Translations under genes and position numbers: made by a program
Notes under the pieces: model-generated
Database searches by the model: none
What the model saw: the letters and a program-made list of their open reading frames with translations, nothing else
Told to the model about the DNA's origin: nothing
Shown: positions 43,901 to 51,802 of the stretch, in pieces
Numbering within the stretch: position 1 is the first letter of the stretch
Layout: every line of letters starts with the position of its first letter
Source of the DNA: an uncultured Enterobacteriaceae bacterium
GTDB lineage: Bacteria; Myxococcota_A; UBA9042
Length of the DNA: 64,000 nt
Assembly (NCBI GenBank): GCA_964356325.1
Contig: CAYHHL010000002.1
Coordinates: forward strand, 21,490-85,489
Direction of reading: 5' to 3'

Positions 43901-45896
43901 ACCGTCGCTGCCGACGCTGACGGCCCTGCTCGCGGTGGCCAAGCCCGAGGACGCGGCAGTGGCAGCCGAGGCCCTGCAGCGCGTGCTGGCGGCGAGCCTT
44001 CCTCCAGCGCAACTGGCGGAAGTTTTGCGCAAAGCGGCGGCCTTCGAGGACGGGCGCGGCGAAGAAGCGATGGCCGAACGGCACCTGCGCGACCTGGTCG
44101 ACCTGATGCCCGACGACGCGGAGGCCTTCGAGCAACTCGAAAGTCGCCTGGACGCGAGCGGGCGCTGGGACGACGTGATTGCCCTGTGGCGGCGCCGACT
44201 TGACCAGACGCGCGACGTGGATGCCCGGCGCGTCGGTCTGCATCGACTGGCCGGGATCGCGCGTGCGGTGGGCCGCCAGGACGTGGCGATGCAGGCGCTG
44301 CAGGACCAGGCCAAGCTCGATCCGACTGACCCGGATCCGCACGTTGCGATGGTGGAAATCCTGCGCGACTTGGACCAGCCGGCGCAACTGGCGGACGCCC
44401 TGGTTGGCCTCGGTCGGGTGTTGAGCAAGCCCCATGATCGCGCCGAGGCGTTGTGCGAGGCGGCGCGCTTGTACCAGCGTGTGCTGAAGTCCGCTGAAAA
44501 GACGGCGGATGCCTATGACGAGGCGTTCCGGGCCGATCCGACGCACGACGAGGCCTTCGTGTTCCTGGAGCGCCAGGCCGGCCACGAATCGCGCAGGCTC
44601 GAGCCGCTGTACGCACAGCGTGCGGCGGCGCTGCCTCCCGGTCCGACGCGGACCCTCATGTTGCGCCGGCTTTCCCAGGCCTGTGCCGATCGCGGCGACG
44701 GCGAAGGGGCTTGCCTGGCGCTCGAACGGGCGCTGGACGACGATCAGGCCAACACGGTGGTACTGGACGATCTGCTGCGGCTGAGCGAACACCACCGCGT
44801 GTGGCCGAGCTTCGTCAAGGCGGCCGAACTCAAACTGGCGGACGCGGCGGGGGCAGTGCGGCGCGAAACCCAGGTCTCGCTGCACGGCCATCTGGCGCGC
44901 ATCGCCATGACCGAACTGCCTGATGCGCCAGCAGCCCTGCGCCACGTCGCGGCCCTGCAACTGTTGGCGCCCGGCGAGGCGGTGACGCGGCACCTGCAGG
45001 CGCTGGCCCAGGCGCACAGCGGCGATCCGCAGGAGGCGGCGACGGGTCTGGAGAAGATGATCCGCGAGGCCGAGGACGTGCCGACGCAGATTTCCCTGCA
45101 CCAACAGCTGGCCGACCTGTACGCAGGCCCGTTGCAGAACCCGGCCAAGGCTGTTCGCGAGTATCAGAAGCTACTTTCGCTCGATGGGCGGCGTTGGCCG
45201 GCGCGCCGCAAGCTGTGCGATCTGTATGCCGCGCGGCAATCGCCCGAGGCACAGGCGGAATGCTTGCGCCAGTGGATCGGCGCACTGGCCGAAGGCGACG
45301 GTCGCGGCACGATGAGGATGCAGCTGGGCGGTGAACTCGTCGGTTTGTATGCGGAACTGGGCGAGGTGCTGCTGGTGCTGGGCCAGACTGCCGAAGCCAT
45401 GCAAAACCTGCGTCAGGCCCATGCGCTGGGCGGGGACGAGTTGCGCATCGACACGGCGTTGATGCCGCTTCTGGAGCAGTCAGGCGACTTTGCCGGCGCA
45501 TTGAAGCTGGAGGAGTGGCTGCTGACGCACGTCGACGAAGGTCTGGCGGAGCGGCAGATGCACGCAGGCCTTCTGGCGGAACAGGCGCACGAGCCGGGCA
45601 AGGCCCGCGATCACTTCCGCAAGGCGCTTGACCTGATCCCGGACGACGACGATGCGACGCTCGGTTGCGGGCGGGCGCACCTGGCGCTGGGCGAGACCGA
45701 CCGGGCGATGCGCCTGTTCGACGCGGTGGGCAGACGGGCGAGCGCGACCGTGGCGAGGCGGGCGCAGGCTTTGGTCGGCCTCGGGCGTTGCCGGGCGATG
45801 CGGGCGCAACCGGCGCAGGCGCGGGCGTGTTACGACGAGGCGTTGGCACTGGTGCCGGGTCTTCCGGACGCGCTGGCGGCTAAAGCGGAACTGTAA
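34938..45896 (+). CDS. Giant all-alpha TPR-like repeat protein (3,652 aa), no recognisable catalytic domain
   Basis: A single uninterrupted 10,959-nt frame. Codon usage matches its neighbours. Composition is dominated by A/L/R/E/D/Q with recurring ...ALxLDPxxxxAL..LxxLY... TPR/HAT-like units throughout. ATG with GGAG RBS. No signal peptide. Confidence 0.8.
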   Translation: MLHASGALLPPSTADVQKLIAQLRDDLSQDVRTEVADRLLQLVAAEPHPAVQAALLERAARLVVPHDRDRAVGLLRESFRQFPTPSAGRRLRHLAEDDPTMARLGRMGHLVDAVAELSKDPAQRATAWLDAARMHIQLGRGRSAQVAAQRLQELQPEHPDLPELFEIAEQQQAARAEMLAAQRMAIGEADDAERPLALLAYAELLLTGEEPLADAAAVLADAVDTGVPLHEVAPLWVEVARAMGDRQEIVRSLTAALQAGDALPQRLQYADELANIAGIDRTEPAVALQALTALTEALPDDLTLQSRREVAQALTGGDQREMLLEDLRQKALQSRNRDGEAVVCLALAWVAQEQGEADKAERQFRRVRTLAPQNAEALDFFEGWYRAQNDHKRLLVALTQRLAISEGRETVRIATEIAQLCEGPLATPERAVEAWQRVLAVQPDHPDAATALERLYHQHGRWHALRDLLDRAARMQLARASVDPTAQEQAAALLSRLAALHESAGKLPDPEMALAAWRQVLSVQPRHPQALAAIVADAQAHGEAGAALHAIEQAANAATEPAEVADLAERAAMLHTSAGRHEAAADWLHRAVQASPDRPDLAARVVESSRQRGDDAALLDALLGQLRALWRTAPETLMPEQVAAVQARDEAQDAVSVLEEAAALAEALDRQTLAVHLYSLLAAAQPGHMAALLGLGRLCVKPDQAAMLARLLEAELAREPCPDDRRIFVLEQLATLQVSALRDPAAAERTAAQLALLAPDSTVAQSIRARSLVERGDLGALRALYPDTPAGNAAFAESALAAAPQQAGAAQVPLLLAAGKALAGQEGQHERAAMVLGDALRAALEVARPAPDALVAETAEALLDQARAAGLVGLQREALDALTQHTSSEISLRWQRLRVDLCDDAGLDAEAAAAAAELAEELLVGERWAELPEMARRYASLNARASEAGSEAAAGSEAAERIAAWAEIAGDSPAAQEAVAALWHESARLALNHGDLTMARRAVDGALHLRPEDATILLQRERIATEQEDWPAVVDSLERLARVAPPEQRADLLLRAAGLNDLSMGDPLVAERMYRAVLAERPDSLEGHAGLLAALRQLGAAQPMAAALDAYLKLPAVGRESLAHAALERMELAAAAGDPQPLRPVLAIVGKLADHAHLDEDETTLLAVAVAQLDVAEAAAETATALLPVLRKHGRDDEALRCLELLADAAPTPTDRSHRYIEVADLVEREAPERAYAAIRAALANTPEVTDLAERAVRLAGKTGMDADLDVLLLALGGEAELPGVRPVEDPQVRARLLTLRAQRALRGGDAATAANLYTLLNALSPQDLGPLESLEALYREAGDLDAVAVTLEERLQARVPGDDRMTLWMRLASLHGDERGVEAEAEEVLARAVAELPDNQDLWNVWLATLRDLGDRKKLAEALQRRLAQPRAQTEDVEDRQAARLEVADLLEQGDDHTSALQHWLEALEVDPADDHAAVRATETWLSLAERGLPVELEQAAERLETVLDARGDFQALDRVLSARARHLQDAAKKAILLRQAFLRERGLTEPGLAFESLGAALRLDPSDPVVLADVLRLGAGGTEAHPPALAVGRVLAQAANELKDPSARRALRLQALTWLTGEAEGEGQILRRDTYDAMLKDNPGDSDALDGLERLTLQTGDDRARLSVLAARAKVAPREAQHRLLLEHARLQAQLGDEVPAIKSLRGILGSGDAEMRHEAAATLCELHERRGEQRELADALMVLCGTMDDPDARRQLTLRAALVLAHYGDGERARTMLLGERIEHPRDREIQATLEDLLRSSGDQAALADHLKHGWTQVFTGEGDAVARLQVALQWLDVRQHLVGLAAIWPDVQAVLDAGLRGPELDAVLESLEGCKDAEVSLAATRRHIALHREAGDAAGEVAVRLDLLDRWPESADARTERGVVAHLLEVDLGDPESALSQWQVLLATAPWHEHVVAEAQRLADGLLRGAEIDEEVRAAMLRLPTAAERNAVRMHLVERAYGRDEMGRMADVLDEVLRDEPGHPEAFSMRGAVLTELPEWHHTDRLAAHWRHGIEHAASAVEKRTARLELARLLHDHLGGSGVAFDLVRDELAEHPDAADAAELIALARTYGDAAGRGRDVLALLRAEAERAPSGQARADQLLALAERCLDQSGDAESARLFAEQAWQEAGPSARAFAVLDKAVDRLETPPPELLVQLAEHHGQKEPAKAARLLLRAQHQASDPALLRTILRQLATVAPAARQAGVDLDALGLARDLALAEPEVPENWQVLDKAAQDRSETLIVALLQAAQATEDLALRHELLTRAARKCEATGDTQRGLAVYKQLATLRPDDAALADLYLTALHAAGDPYYGEALANAVDLARKAGETQRLARLLEPHLRLATTAKQRHGILGELRTLGVQTEEMRATLAALAEDTQGLDELATREVNAWRLLDLDPEREPEAWLAARLQALDTIEDAAVRQATWLDVARHARQRMQEQAQALEWTLQALDPAPAPDTLAELPDLVQDEDGARTVLAALELRLGEERSDHGQLATLGFEIGRQFLGLDAAVAAFAQALAADRLDAVQWLEDAARLQGDLTEAQRLLRLVAQRLEATDPAAAVQAWLRLADETVGTAQGQEALQRVLALEPKHVGALRQSLQAAVAANDAARLVQLAEDLGENATTQERVAMAKGLRSLGREQAAQAALTAALAQTPDDESALRLRAELQGATLHLLPAAERGVATRALAGTLAALGQADEAIDLLLKWARQASDPLEAIEQAGDIARAAGRLDLWVDGVSDLVSNEDLPVEAVAPAVALAAAALAESGDPGRAADLWQAAWDQDSDNQDALEMVLALRREAGDLPRLARDLERALMLGGGEAQTLRLELAELKRTVLGRPREALRLVLEVLAADPHAADALTLAGQLMRTPAVADEALAELEPLFRGARQWQGVATVLQARLDRTQLPAERAILAAELARVQSEHIGDHTQSVRSLAVAVQARPSLPTLTALLAVAKPEDAAVAAEALQRVLAASLPPAQLAEVLRKAAAFEDGRGEEAMAERHLRDLVDLMPDDAEAFEQLESRLDASGRWDDVIALWRRRLDQTRDVDARRVGLHRLAGIARAVGRQDVAMQALQDQAKLDPTDPDPHVAMVEILRDLDQPAQLADALVGLGRVLSKPHDRAEALCEAARLYQRVLKSAEKTADAYDEAFRADPTHDEAFVFLERQAGHESRRLEPLYAQRAAALPPGPTRTLMLRRLSQACADRGDGEGACLALERALDDDQANTVVLDDLLRLSEHHRVWPSFVKAAELKLADAAGAVRRETQVSLHGHLARIAMTELPDAPAALRHVAALQLLAPGEAVTRHLQALAQAHSGDPQEAATGLEKMIREAEDVPTQISLHQQLADLYAGPLQNPAKAVREYQKLLSLDGRRWPARRKLCDLYAARQSPEAQAECLRQWIGALAEGDGRGTMRMQLGGELVGLYAELGEVLLVLGQTAEAMQNLRQAHALGGDELRIDTALMPLLEQSGDFAGALKLEEWLLTHVDEGLAERQMHAGLLAEQAHEPGKARDHFRKALDLIPDDDDATLGCGRAHLALGETDRAMRLFDAVGRRASATVARRAQALVGLGRCRAMRAQPAQARACYDEALALVPGLPDALAAKAEL

Positions 45897-45914
45897 GGTA
45901 ATCAGGAGATTCAC

Positions 45915-46982
45915 ATGAAGACGGAACTGCCCCGGCCCACGCGAGTGGCCGTGGTTGGCGCGACGGGCTACGGCGGTGCCGAACTGCTGCGCCATTTGCT
46001 CGGGCATCCTCACATTCGGGTGACGCGTCTGGTGGCCAAGGACAATCTAGGCAAGCGCCTGGATCAAGTGCACTTGTCGCTGGCGGGACTGACCGACTTG
46101 CGCATCGAGGACCTGACGCCCGAACAGGTGGTGCAAGACGCCGATCTGGTCTGCGTCGGTCTGCCGCATCGGGTCAGCGCGGCGATCGTGGCGAGATACG
46201 TGGACTTGGGTGTGGCGGTCATGGACTTGTCGGGCGACTACCGGCTGCTCGACGTCGCGCAGTACGAGCACTACTACGAGGCGAAACACCCGGAAGCGCA
46301 CCGGCTTGGCACCTTCGTATACGGCATGCCGGAATTGCACCGCGAAAAGATCCGCACGGCTCGGCACGTCGCCAGTCCCGGCTGCTTTGCCACTGCGATT
46401 ACGCTGGCTTTGCTGCCCCTGGCCAAGGCGGGCGTGTTGCAAGGTCGCGTGCGGGTGGCGGCGCTGACCGGCTCCTCGGGCTCGGGCGCGAATCCGGCGC
46501 TGGGCACGCACCATCCGTTGCGCGCGCAGACGCTGCGGCCGTACAAGCCCTTGACGCACCAGCACGTTCCCGAAATCGAGATGAACCTCGGGCAGAACGG
46601 CGCGCGCGACCTGACCTTGGACCTGGTGCCGATTTCGGCGCCGCTCGTGCGCGGGATCCTGACCACTTGCTTTGCGGAAATCGACGCTTCGGTGCCGGTC
46701 GAGCGGCTGCAGCAGGCCCTGCACGAATGCTATGCGACCGAGAAGCTGCTGCGTGTCCTGGACGATAGGCTGCCCGAAGTGAATGCGGTGGCGGGCACGA
46801 TGTTCGTGGAACTGGCGATGACCATAGGCGATCTGACTCCTGATGGCCGGCGGACCGTGGTGATGCACAGCGCGCTGGACAACCTGGTGAAGGGCGGCGC
46901 CGGCCAGGCCATGCAGTCGATCAACCTGATGTTGGGCGTGGACGAGCACTTGGGGCTGCTGGCGCCGAAGGCCTGGCCTTGA
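45915..46982 (+). CDS. argC: N-acetyl-gamma-glutamyl-phosphate reductase
   Basis: VAVVGATGYGGAELLRHL is the NAD(P) fold. Active-site ASPGCFATA carries the catalytic Cys. RBS AGGAGA. The gene starts 18 nt after the giant gene's stop. Confidence 0.95.
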   Translation: MKTELPRPTRVAVVGATGYGGAELLRHLLGHPHIRVTRLVAKDNLGKRLDQVHLSLAGLTDLRIEDLTPEQVVQDADLVCVGLPHRVSAAIVARYVDLGVAVMDLSGDYRLLDVAQYEHYYEAKHPEAHRLGTFVYGMPELHREKIRTARHVASPGCFATAITLALLPLAKAGVLQGRVRVAALTGSSGSGANPALGTHHPLRAQTLRPYKPLTHQHVPEIEMNLGQNGARDLTLDLVPISAPLVRGILTTCFAEIDASVPVERLQQALHECYATEKLLRVLDDRLPEVNAVAGTMFVELAMTIGDLTPDGRRTVVMHSALDNLVKGGAGQAMQSINLMLGVDEHLGLLAPKAWP

Positions 46983-47800
46983 TGCGCCGGGTCCTGGTCA
47001 AGGTGGGCGGCGAAACGCTGTTGGATCCGCAAGATCGCGCGCGGCTAGCGGCGGATCTCGCCGGGGTCCGGGCCCAGGGCGTGCAGCTGTGCGTGGTCCA
47101 CGGCGCGGGTCCGCAAATCACTGCGCTCGGTGCAAAGCTGGGCATACACTCGACCTTTCGCGGCGGCCGGCGCGTGACCGACGCGGCGATGCTCGAGGCC
47201 GTGGCGATGGCGATGGCCGGGCAAGTCGGGCCCCTGCTGCTGGCCTCGTGTCTGGCGGCGGGGCTGCCAGCGGTGTCGACTCCAGCAGCTTCAGCGGGTT
47301 GCGTGGTGGGCCAGAAGCGCCCGCCGCGACCGGTGCCGGGCGAAGCGGAGCCGGTGGACTTCGGCCTGGTCGCGGACGTGGCTCGCGTCGACCCGACGTT
47401 GCTCGAGGCGCTGTGGCACGCGGACCTGGTGCCGCTGCTGTCCTCGCTGGTCGCCGATCCTCAAGGTCAACTGCTGAACCTGAATGCGGATACCATGGTG
47501 ACGGCGCTGACCGAGGCCGTACGTTTCGACGACGTGGTGTTGCTGACCGGAGTGCCGGGCGTGTTTCGCAATCTCGCCGATCCGAGCAGTCACTTGCCTG
47601 AACTGGCGGCGCGTGACCTGAAACCGCTGCTCGCGTCCGGCGCCATCCAGGGCGGCATGATCGCCAAACTGGAGGAGGTCGGCGCCATCCTGGAGCGCGG
47701 GGCAAAGGCCGTGTGGATCGTGGGTTACAAGGACGCGGGCGCGGTGACCTCGGCGCTTTCGGGGCGGGCTGGAACGCGCACGGTGGTGCGGGCCGATTGA
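46979..47800 (+). CDS. argB: Acetylglutamate kinase
   Basis: KVGGE, VVHGAGPQI and LNLNADT are amino-acid-kinase family signatures. The start overlaps the argC stop. Confidence 0.95.
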   Translation: MMRRVLVKVGGETLLDPQDRARLAADLAGVRAQGVQLCVVHGAGPQITALGAKLGIHSTFRGGRRVTDAAMLEAVAMAMAGQVGPLLLASCLAAGLPAVSTPAASAGCVVGQKRPPRPVPGEAEPVDFGLVADVARVDPTLLEALWHADLVPLLSSLVADPQGQLLNLNADTMVTALTEAVRFDDVVLLTGVPGVFRNLADPSSHLPELAARDLKPLLASGAIQGGMIAKLEEVGAILERGAKAVWIVGYKDAGAVTSALSGRAGTRTVVRAD

Positions 47801-47874
47801 ACGGCGGTGAAATGCCCCGGCGTCATTGCGCAGGCGCGCGCTTTCGTAGCAAGCTGGGCATCACCGGAGGAACC

Positions 47875-48552
47875 TTGGGCCATTTCGTCTGCAGCACCGC
47901 CCGCGAGGCATTCGATCGGCGCGCCAGTGCCGTGTCGGGGCTCGGCTGCGTTTGCCTGGTCGCCGTGCTCGCCTGCATGGTGCCGAGAGCCGCCGACGCC
48001 ATGAACGTCGACGGCAAGCTCGGCGTCGGCTTCGAGGAGACCCTGACCGGCATCGGCGTGCGCCAGGCCCAAAGCGTGGACGATCACGCGAGCGGCGGCA
48101 CGCCCTTGCCCGACATGAGCGCATCTGGACTCGCTTTCCGGTACTATACCGGCAACTTGGGATTCGAGGTCATTCTAGGCGCGGCCCTGCACCATCCCAC
48201 CGGCCACGACTTCGAGTACTCGCTGCTCATCTCGCCCGCCGTGTTCTACAACGTCTTTCGCGCCCCGACCGTCAACCTTTCGCTCGGCGCCCGCTTCCTC
48301 AACGGCTGGTCGCAGTTCAACGACGCGCAGGGCAACGCCGCCAATGGAAGATACGGCTTCGCTGTGGAAATTCCCTTGCGCGCCGAGTACTTCTTCGCCG
48401 GTGCGTTTGCCATCAGCGGCGCCGTCGGTCCGGTCATCATCCACAACGGCGCGCGTGGCAACCCGTTGACCGGCAACGCCAACTCGACGGACGTCTCCCT
48501 GACCCGCGGTGGCTTTTCGGGCGGCGTCGGCTTCACCTACTACATCAACTGA
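47875..48552 (+). CDS. Small outer-membrane beta-barrel protein (about 225 aa)
   Basis: TTG start after GGAGG. Signal peptide ...RRASAVSGLGCVCLVAVLACMVPRAADA. Alternating aromatic/Gly-rich strands; ends ...GVGFTYYIN. The track ORF 47713.. is N-extended, and the start codon is uncertain. Confidence 0.45.
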   Translation: MGHFVCSTAREAFDRRASAVSGLGCVCLVAVLACMVPRAADAMNVDGKLGVGFEETLTGIGVRQAQSVDDHASGGTPLPDMSASGLAFRYYTGNLGFEVILGAALHHPTGHDFEYSLLISPAVFYNVFRAPTVNLSLGARFLNGWSQFNDAQGNAANGRYGFAVEIPLRAEYFFAGAFAISGAVGPVIIHNGARGNPLTGNANSTDVSLTRGGFSGGVGFTYYIN

Positions 48553-48578
48553 ATTCCCTACTTGAACAAGAGGTTCCC

Positions 48579-49637
48579 ATGCTGCGGATTGCGCTGCTGC
48601 CCGGCGATGGCATTGGCACGGAAGTCATCGGTGCTGCGGTCCAAGTGCTCGAGCGCGCGGCGGAAGTGTTCGGCTTCGAGATCGCGACGACCTGGTTCGA
48701 CCTGGGCGCGGATCGCTACCTGAAGACCGGCGACACGCTGCCGGAACCGGAATACGTGAGCCTGCGCGATGACTTCGACGCCATCTTGCTGGGCGCGTTC
48801 GGCGATCCGCGCGTGCCGACCAACATCCACGCCAAGGACATCCTGCTCGGGTTGCGCCAGCGGCTGGACCTGTACGTGAACCTGCGGCCGGTCAAGCTAC
48901 TGGATTCACGGCTGTGTCCACTGAAGGGCGTGGAGCCGGGCGACCTCGACATGGCCATCGTGCGCGAGAACACCGAAAGCGTGTACGTGGGCATCGGCGG
49001 CTCGTTCAAGTACGGGACCGCCGACGAGATTGCCCAGAACATGATGCTGTCCAGCCGCAAGGGCGCGGACCGCCTGCTGCGCTTTGCCTTCGAATTGGCG
49101 CGGACGCGGCGGCAGCGGCTGGTGCTGTGCGACAAGGCCAACGCCATCGAGAGCGCGCACGGTTTGTGGCGGCGGGCGTTGGCGGAAATGGCGCCGCTTT
49201 ACCCCGACGTGGACGCGCGCACGCTGTATGCCGACGTGGCGGCGATGCGGATGGTGACGCACCCGAGCGAGTTCGACGTGGTGGTCGGCGACAACATGAT
49301 CGGCGACATCCTGAGCGATCTCGCGGCGGCGCTGGTGGGCGGACTGGGATTGGCGCCGAGTTCGTCGACGCATCCTGGGCGGGTGGCGATGTACGAACCG
49401 GTGCATGGCAGCGCGCCCGACATCGTCGGCACCGGCAAGGCCAACCCGCTGGCAGCGATCTTGAGTGCGGCGATGTTGCTGCGAGATTTTGGTCAGGTGC
49501 CGGCGGCCGACGCGATCGATCAGGCCTGCACGGCGAGCGTGCGCGAGTTGGCGGTCACGCCGGATCTGGGCGGCAGGCTGACGACGACGCAGGTGGCGGA
49601 GCGGCTTTGTGGCGCGTTGGCAGTTCCGGCGTCCTGA
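48579..49637 (+). CDS. Isopropylmalate/homoisocitrate/tartrate dehydrogenase family (LeuB-like)
   Basis: [20 protein letters not shown] and the [14 protein letters not shown] signature of the beta-decarboxylating dehydrogenases. RBS AGAGG. Confidence 0.85.
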   Translation: MLRIALLPGDGIGTEVIGAAVQVLERAAEVFGFEIATTWFDLGADRYLKTGDTLPEPEYVSLRDDFDAILLGAFGDPRVPTNIHAKDILLGLRQRLDLYVNLRPVKLLDSRLCPLKGVEPGDLDMAIVRENTESVYVGIGGSFKYGTADEIAQNMMLSSRKGADRLLRFAFELARTRRQRLVLCDKANAIESAHGLWRRALAEMAPLYPDVDARTLYADVAAMRMVTHPSEFDVVVGDNMIGDILSDLAAALVGGLGLAPSSSTHPGRVAMYEPVHGSAPDIVGTGKANPLAAILSAAMLLRDFGQVPAADAIDQACTASVRELAVTPDLGGRLTTTQVAERLCGALAVPAS

Positions 49638-49756
49638 ACTCTGATGGTCGCTTGCGGACGACGCCGGCCGCGCTTGACAGGCTCGCCAGCGCGGACTAGC
49701 AGCACGTGCCTTCGCGTCCTATGCTGGACGTGTGCGCGCCACTGCCTCGGAGACCC

Positions 49757-51772
49757 ATGACCTACGCCGCGACTTCCAGCCCGATGCGCCCCAAAGATGC
49801 CTCTCGCGACACGCCCGCCGGCGAGCCGACCGTGCGATTCGATGGAAGAATCCTGGTCCTGTACGAGGACGGCGAGCAAATCCGCGCCCAGTTGAACGGC
49901 CAAGAGGTCGCTTGGGATCCGCACGCCAAGCGGGTCGACAACATCTCGACCGACGAGATCACGCCGGCCTGGGTCTGCTTCTACTTCGACGAAACCCTCG
50001 GCGACTACAGCCTCGTGGGCCTGCGCGGCGGCGTGGTCGAGGCGGGCGCCGTCAAGAAGGGCGGGTTTTCCGTCATCGTTTCAGGCAAGTCCAAGGGTTG
50101 CGGCAGTTCGCGCGAGACGGCGCCGTTCTCCGAGCAGGCGGCCGGCGTCAAGCTGGTCATCGCGGAGAACATCGAGAAGATCTACGGCCAAAACTGCCAG
50201 AACATCGGCCTCTTGACCTCGACCGACCTCGGCCTGGTCGAACGGATCCAGCGCGGCGAGGCGATTCCGCTGTCCGAGTTCACCAAGGGCCTGGATGCCG
50301 TCGCGACCGACATCGTCCGCATGGGTGGGCTGTTCGCCTACAATCGCGCGAGGTTGGCTGGCGAGCTGCATCCGCCGGTGCTCAAGACCCTGTCGCGGCC
50401 GATGACGCTGGTCGAAAAGATCATCGCGCGCAACACCATCCAGGACGCCTCGACCGGAGTGCTGGGCGCGCCGGCAGTCAAGCCCGGTGACGCGGTATTC
50501 GTGCGGACCGACGTGCGGTTCTCTCACGATTACACCACGGCGATGGCGCAGGTCGCGTTCAAGGGCGCGCTCGGCCAGGAGGCAAAGGTCAACGATCCCG
50601 GCAGTGTCTACGCCTTTCGCGACCACTTGACGTTCTTGCCACAGGTGATGAGCGACAAGCACAAGGCGATGGGCCTGGACAAGCAGGCAGCGCTATTGCC
50701 CGAGATCCAGCGGCAATTTTGCCACGAGCAGGGCATTCGCCTCTACGATGAAAAGGCCGACGGTTCCGGCAGCGAGGCGATCTGCCACAACGCCGTGCTC
50801 GAGGACATCGCGTTGCCCGGCGACATCGTGGTCGGCACGGACAGCCACACCTGCACGGCGGGCGCGCTGGGCACCTTCGCGTTCGGCGTCGGCTCCACGG
50901 ACATGGCCAACACTTGGTACACCAAGGACATCCGCGTGTCGGTGCCCGAGAGCGTGCGGTTCCACGTCACCGGCACGTTGCAGCACGGTGTGGTGGCCAA
51001 GGACATCATGTTGCGGATCATGGCCACGCCGTTCATCCGCGACGGCAAGGCGATCGGCAAGGTCCTGGAATTCACCGGTCCTGGCGTGCAGGCCCTGTCG
51101 ATGGACGAGCGCGCGACGCTGACGAACATGGCGGTCGAAGCAGGCGCGACCACGGGTATCATCGAAGCGGACGACACGGTCCTGCACTACCTGGCGAAGA
51201 TGCGTCCGGGCGTGGACGTCGAGGCGTTGCGACCGCGTTTGCTGAAGTCCGATCCCGGCGCGCACTACCTCGCGACCTTCGAGATCGACCTGGACCACCT
51301 CGCACTGATGGTCGCGACCCCGGGCGATCCGCGCAATGGCGTGCCGCTGCGCGAACTTCCGGGCCCGGTCAAGGTCGACGTGGCATACGGCGGATCGTGC
51401 ACGGGCGGCAAGATGGCCGACATGGACATGTACGCGTCAGTGCTGCGGGTGGCGGTCGAAAAGGGCCTGAAGGTCGCGGAAGGCGTGCAGTTGTACATCC
51501 AGTTCGGCAGCCAGAAGATCAAGCAGTACGCGGCGGGCCGAGGCTACATCGAGCTGTTCGAGCTGGCCGGCGCCCACGTGATCGATCCGAGCTGCGGCGC
51601 CTGCATCAACGCGGGCCCCGGCGTTTCGAAAACCGCGGAAACGGTGACGGTCTCGGCGATCAACCGCAACTTCCCGGGGCGCTCGGGCCCGGGCAAGGTG
51701 TACCTGGCGAGTCCACTGGTGGTCGCGGCGTCGGCTATCAAGGGCTTCATCTGCGGACCGGACGATCTGTGA
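49757..51772 (+). CDS. Aconitase-family hydro-lyase with reversed domain order (N-terminal LeuD-like swivel plus C-terminal LeuC-like catalytic domains)
   Basis: N-terminus GKSKGCGSSRETA is the LeuD swivel motif. C-terminus has GTDSHT, AYGGSCTGG and DPSCGACINAG, the aconitase Fe-S cysteine ligands. Confidence 0.8.
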   Translation: MTYAATSSPMRPKDASRDTPAGEPTVRFDGRILVLYEDGEQIRAQLNGQEVAWDPHAKRVDNISTDEITPAWVCFYFDETLGDYSLVGLRGGVVEAGAVKKGGFSVIVSGKSKGCGSSRETAPFSEQAAGVKLVIAENIEKIYGQNCQNIGLLTSTDLGLVERIQRGEAIPLSEFTKGLDAVATDIVRMGGLFAYNRARLAGELHPPVLKTLSRPMTLVEKIIARNTIQDASTGVLGAPAVKPGDAVFVRTDVRFSHDYTTAMAQVAFKGALGQEAKVNDPGSVYAFRDHLTFLPQVMSDKHKAMGLDKQAALLPEIQRQFCHEQGIRLYDEKADGSGSEAICHNAVLEDIALPGDIVVGTDSHTCTAGALGTFAFGVGSTDMANTWYTKDIRVSVPESVRFHVTGTLQHGVVAKDIMLRIMATPFIRDGKAIGKVLEFTGPGVQALSMDERATLTNMAVEAGATTGIIEADDTVLHYLAKMRPGVDVEALRPRLLKSDPGAHYLATFEIDLDHLALMVATPGDPRNGVPLRELPGPVKVDVAYGGSCTGGKMADMDMYASVLRVAVEKGLKVAEGVQLYIQFGSQKIKQYAAGRGYIELFELAGAHVIDPSCGACINAGPGVSKTAETVTVSAINRNFPGRSGPGKVYLASPLVVAASAIKGFICGPDDL

Positions 51773-51802
51773 GGCATTGGCCCTCGTGACCAAAGGAACT
51801 GC

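Noticed and set aside
37851-45104. Minus-strand ORFs of 500-1,160 aa (37851..39368, 39522..41606, 41625..45104, 42514..44616, 42947..44428) inside the giant gene
   Set aside because: All are antisense to one continuous, protein-like + frame. Their compositions are Pro/Arg/Gly-rich or Ser/Ala/Arg-rich. The sense frame is retained as the single real CDS.
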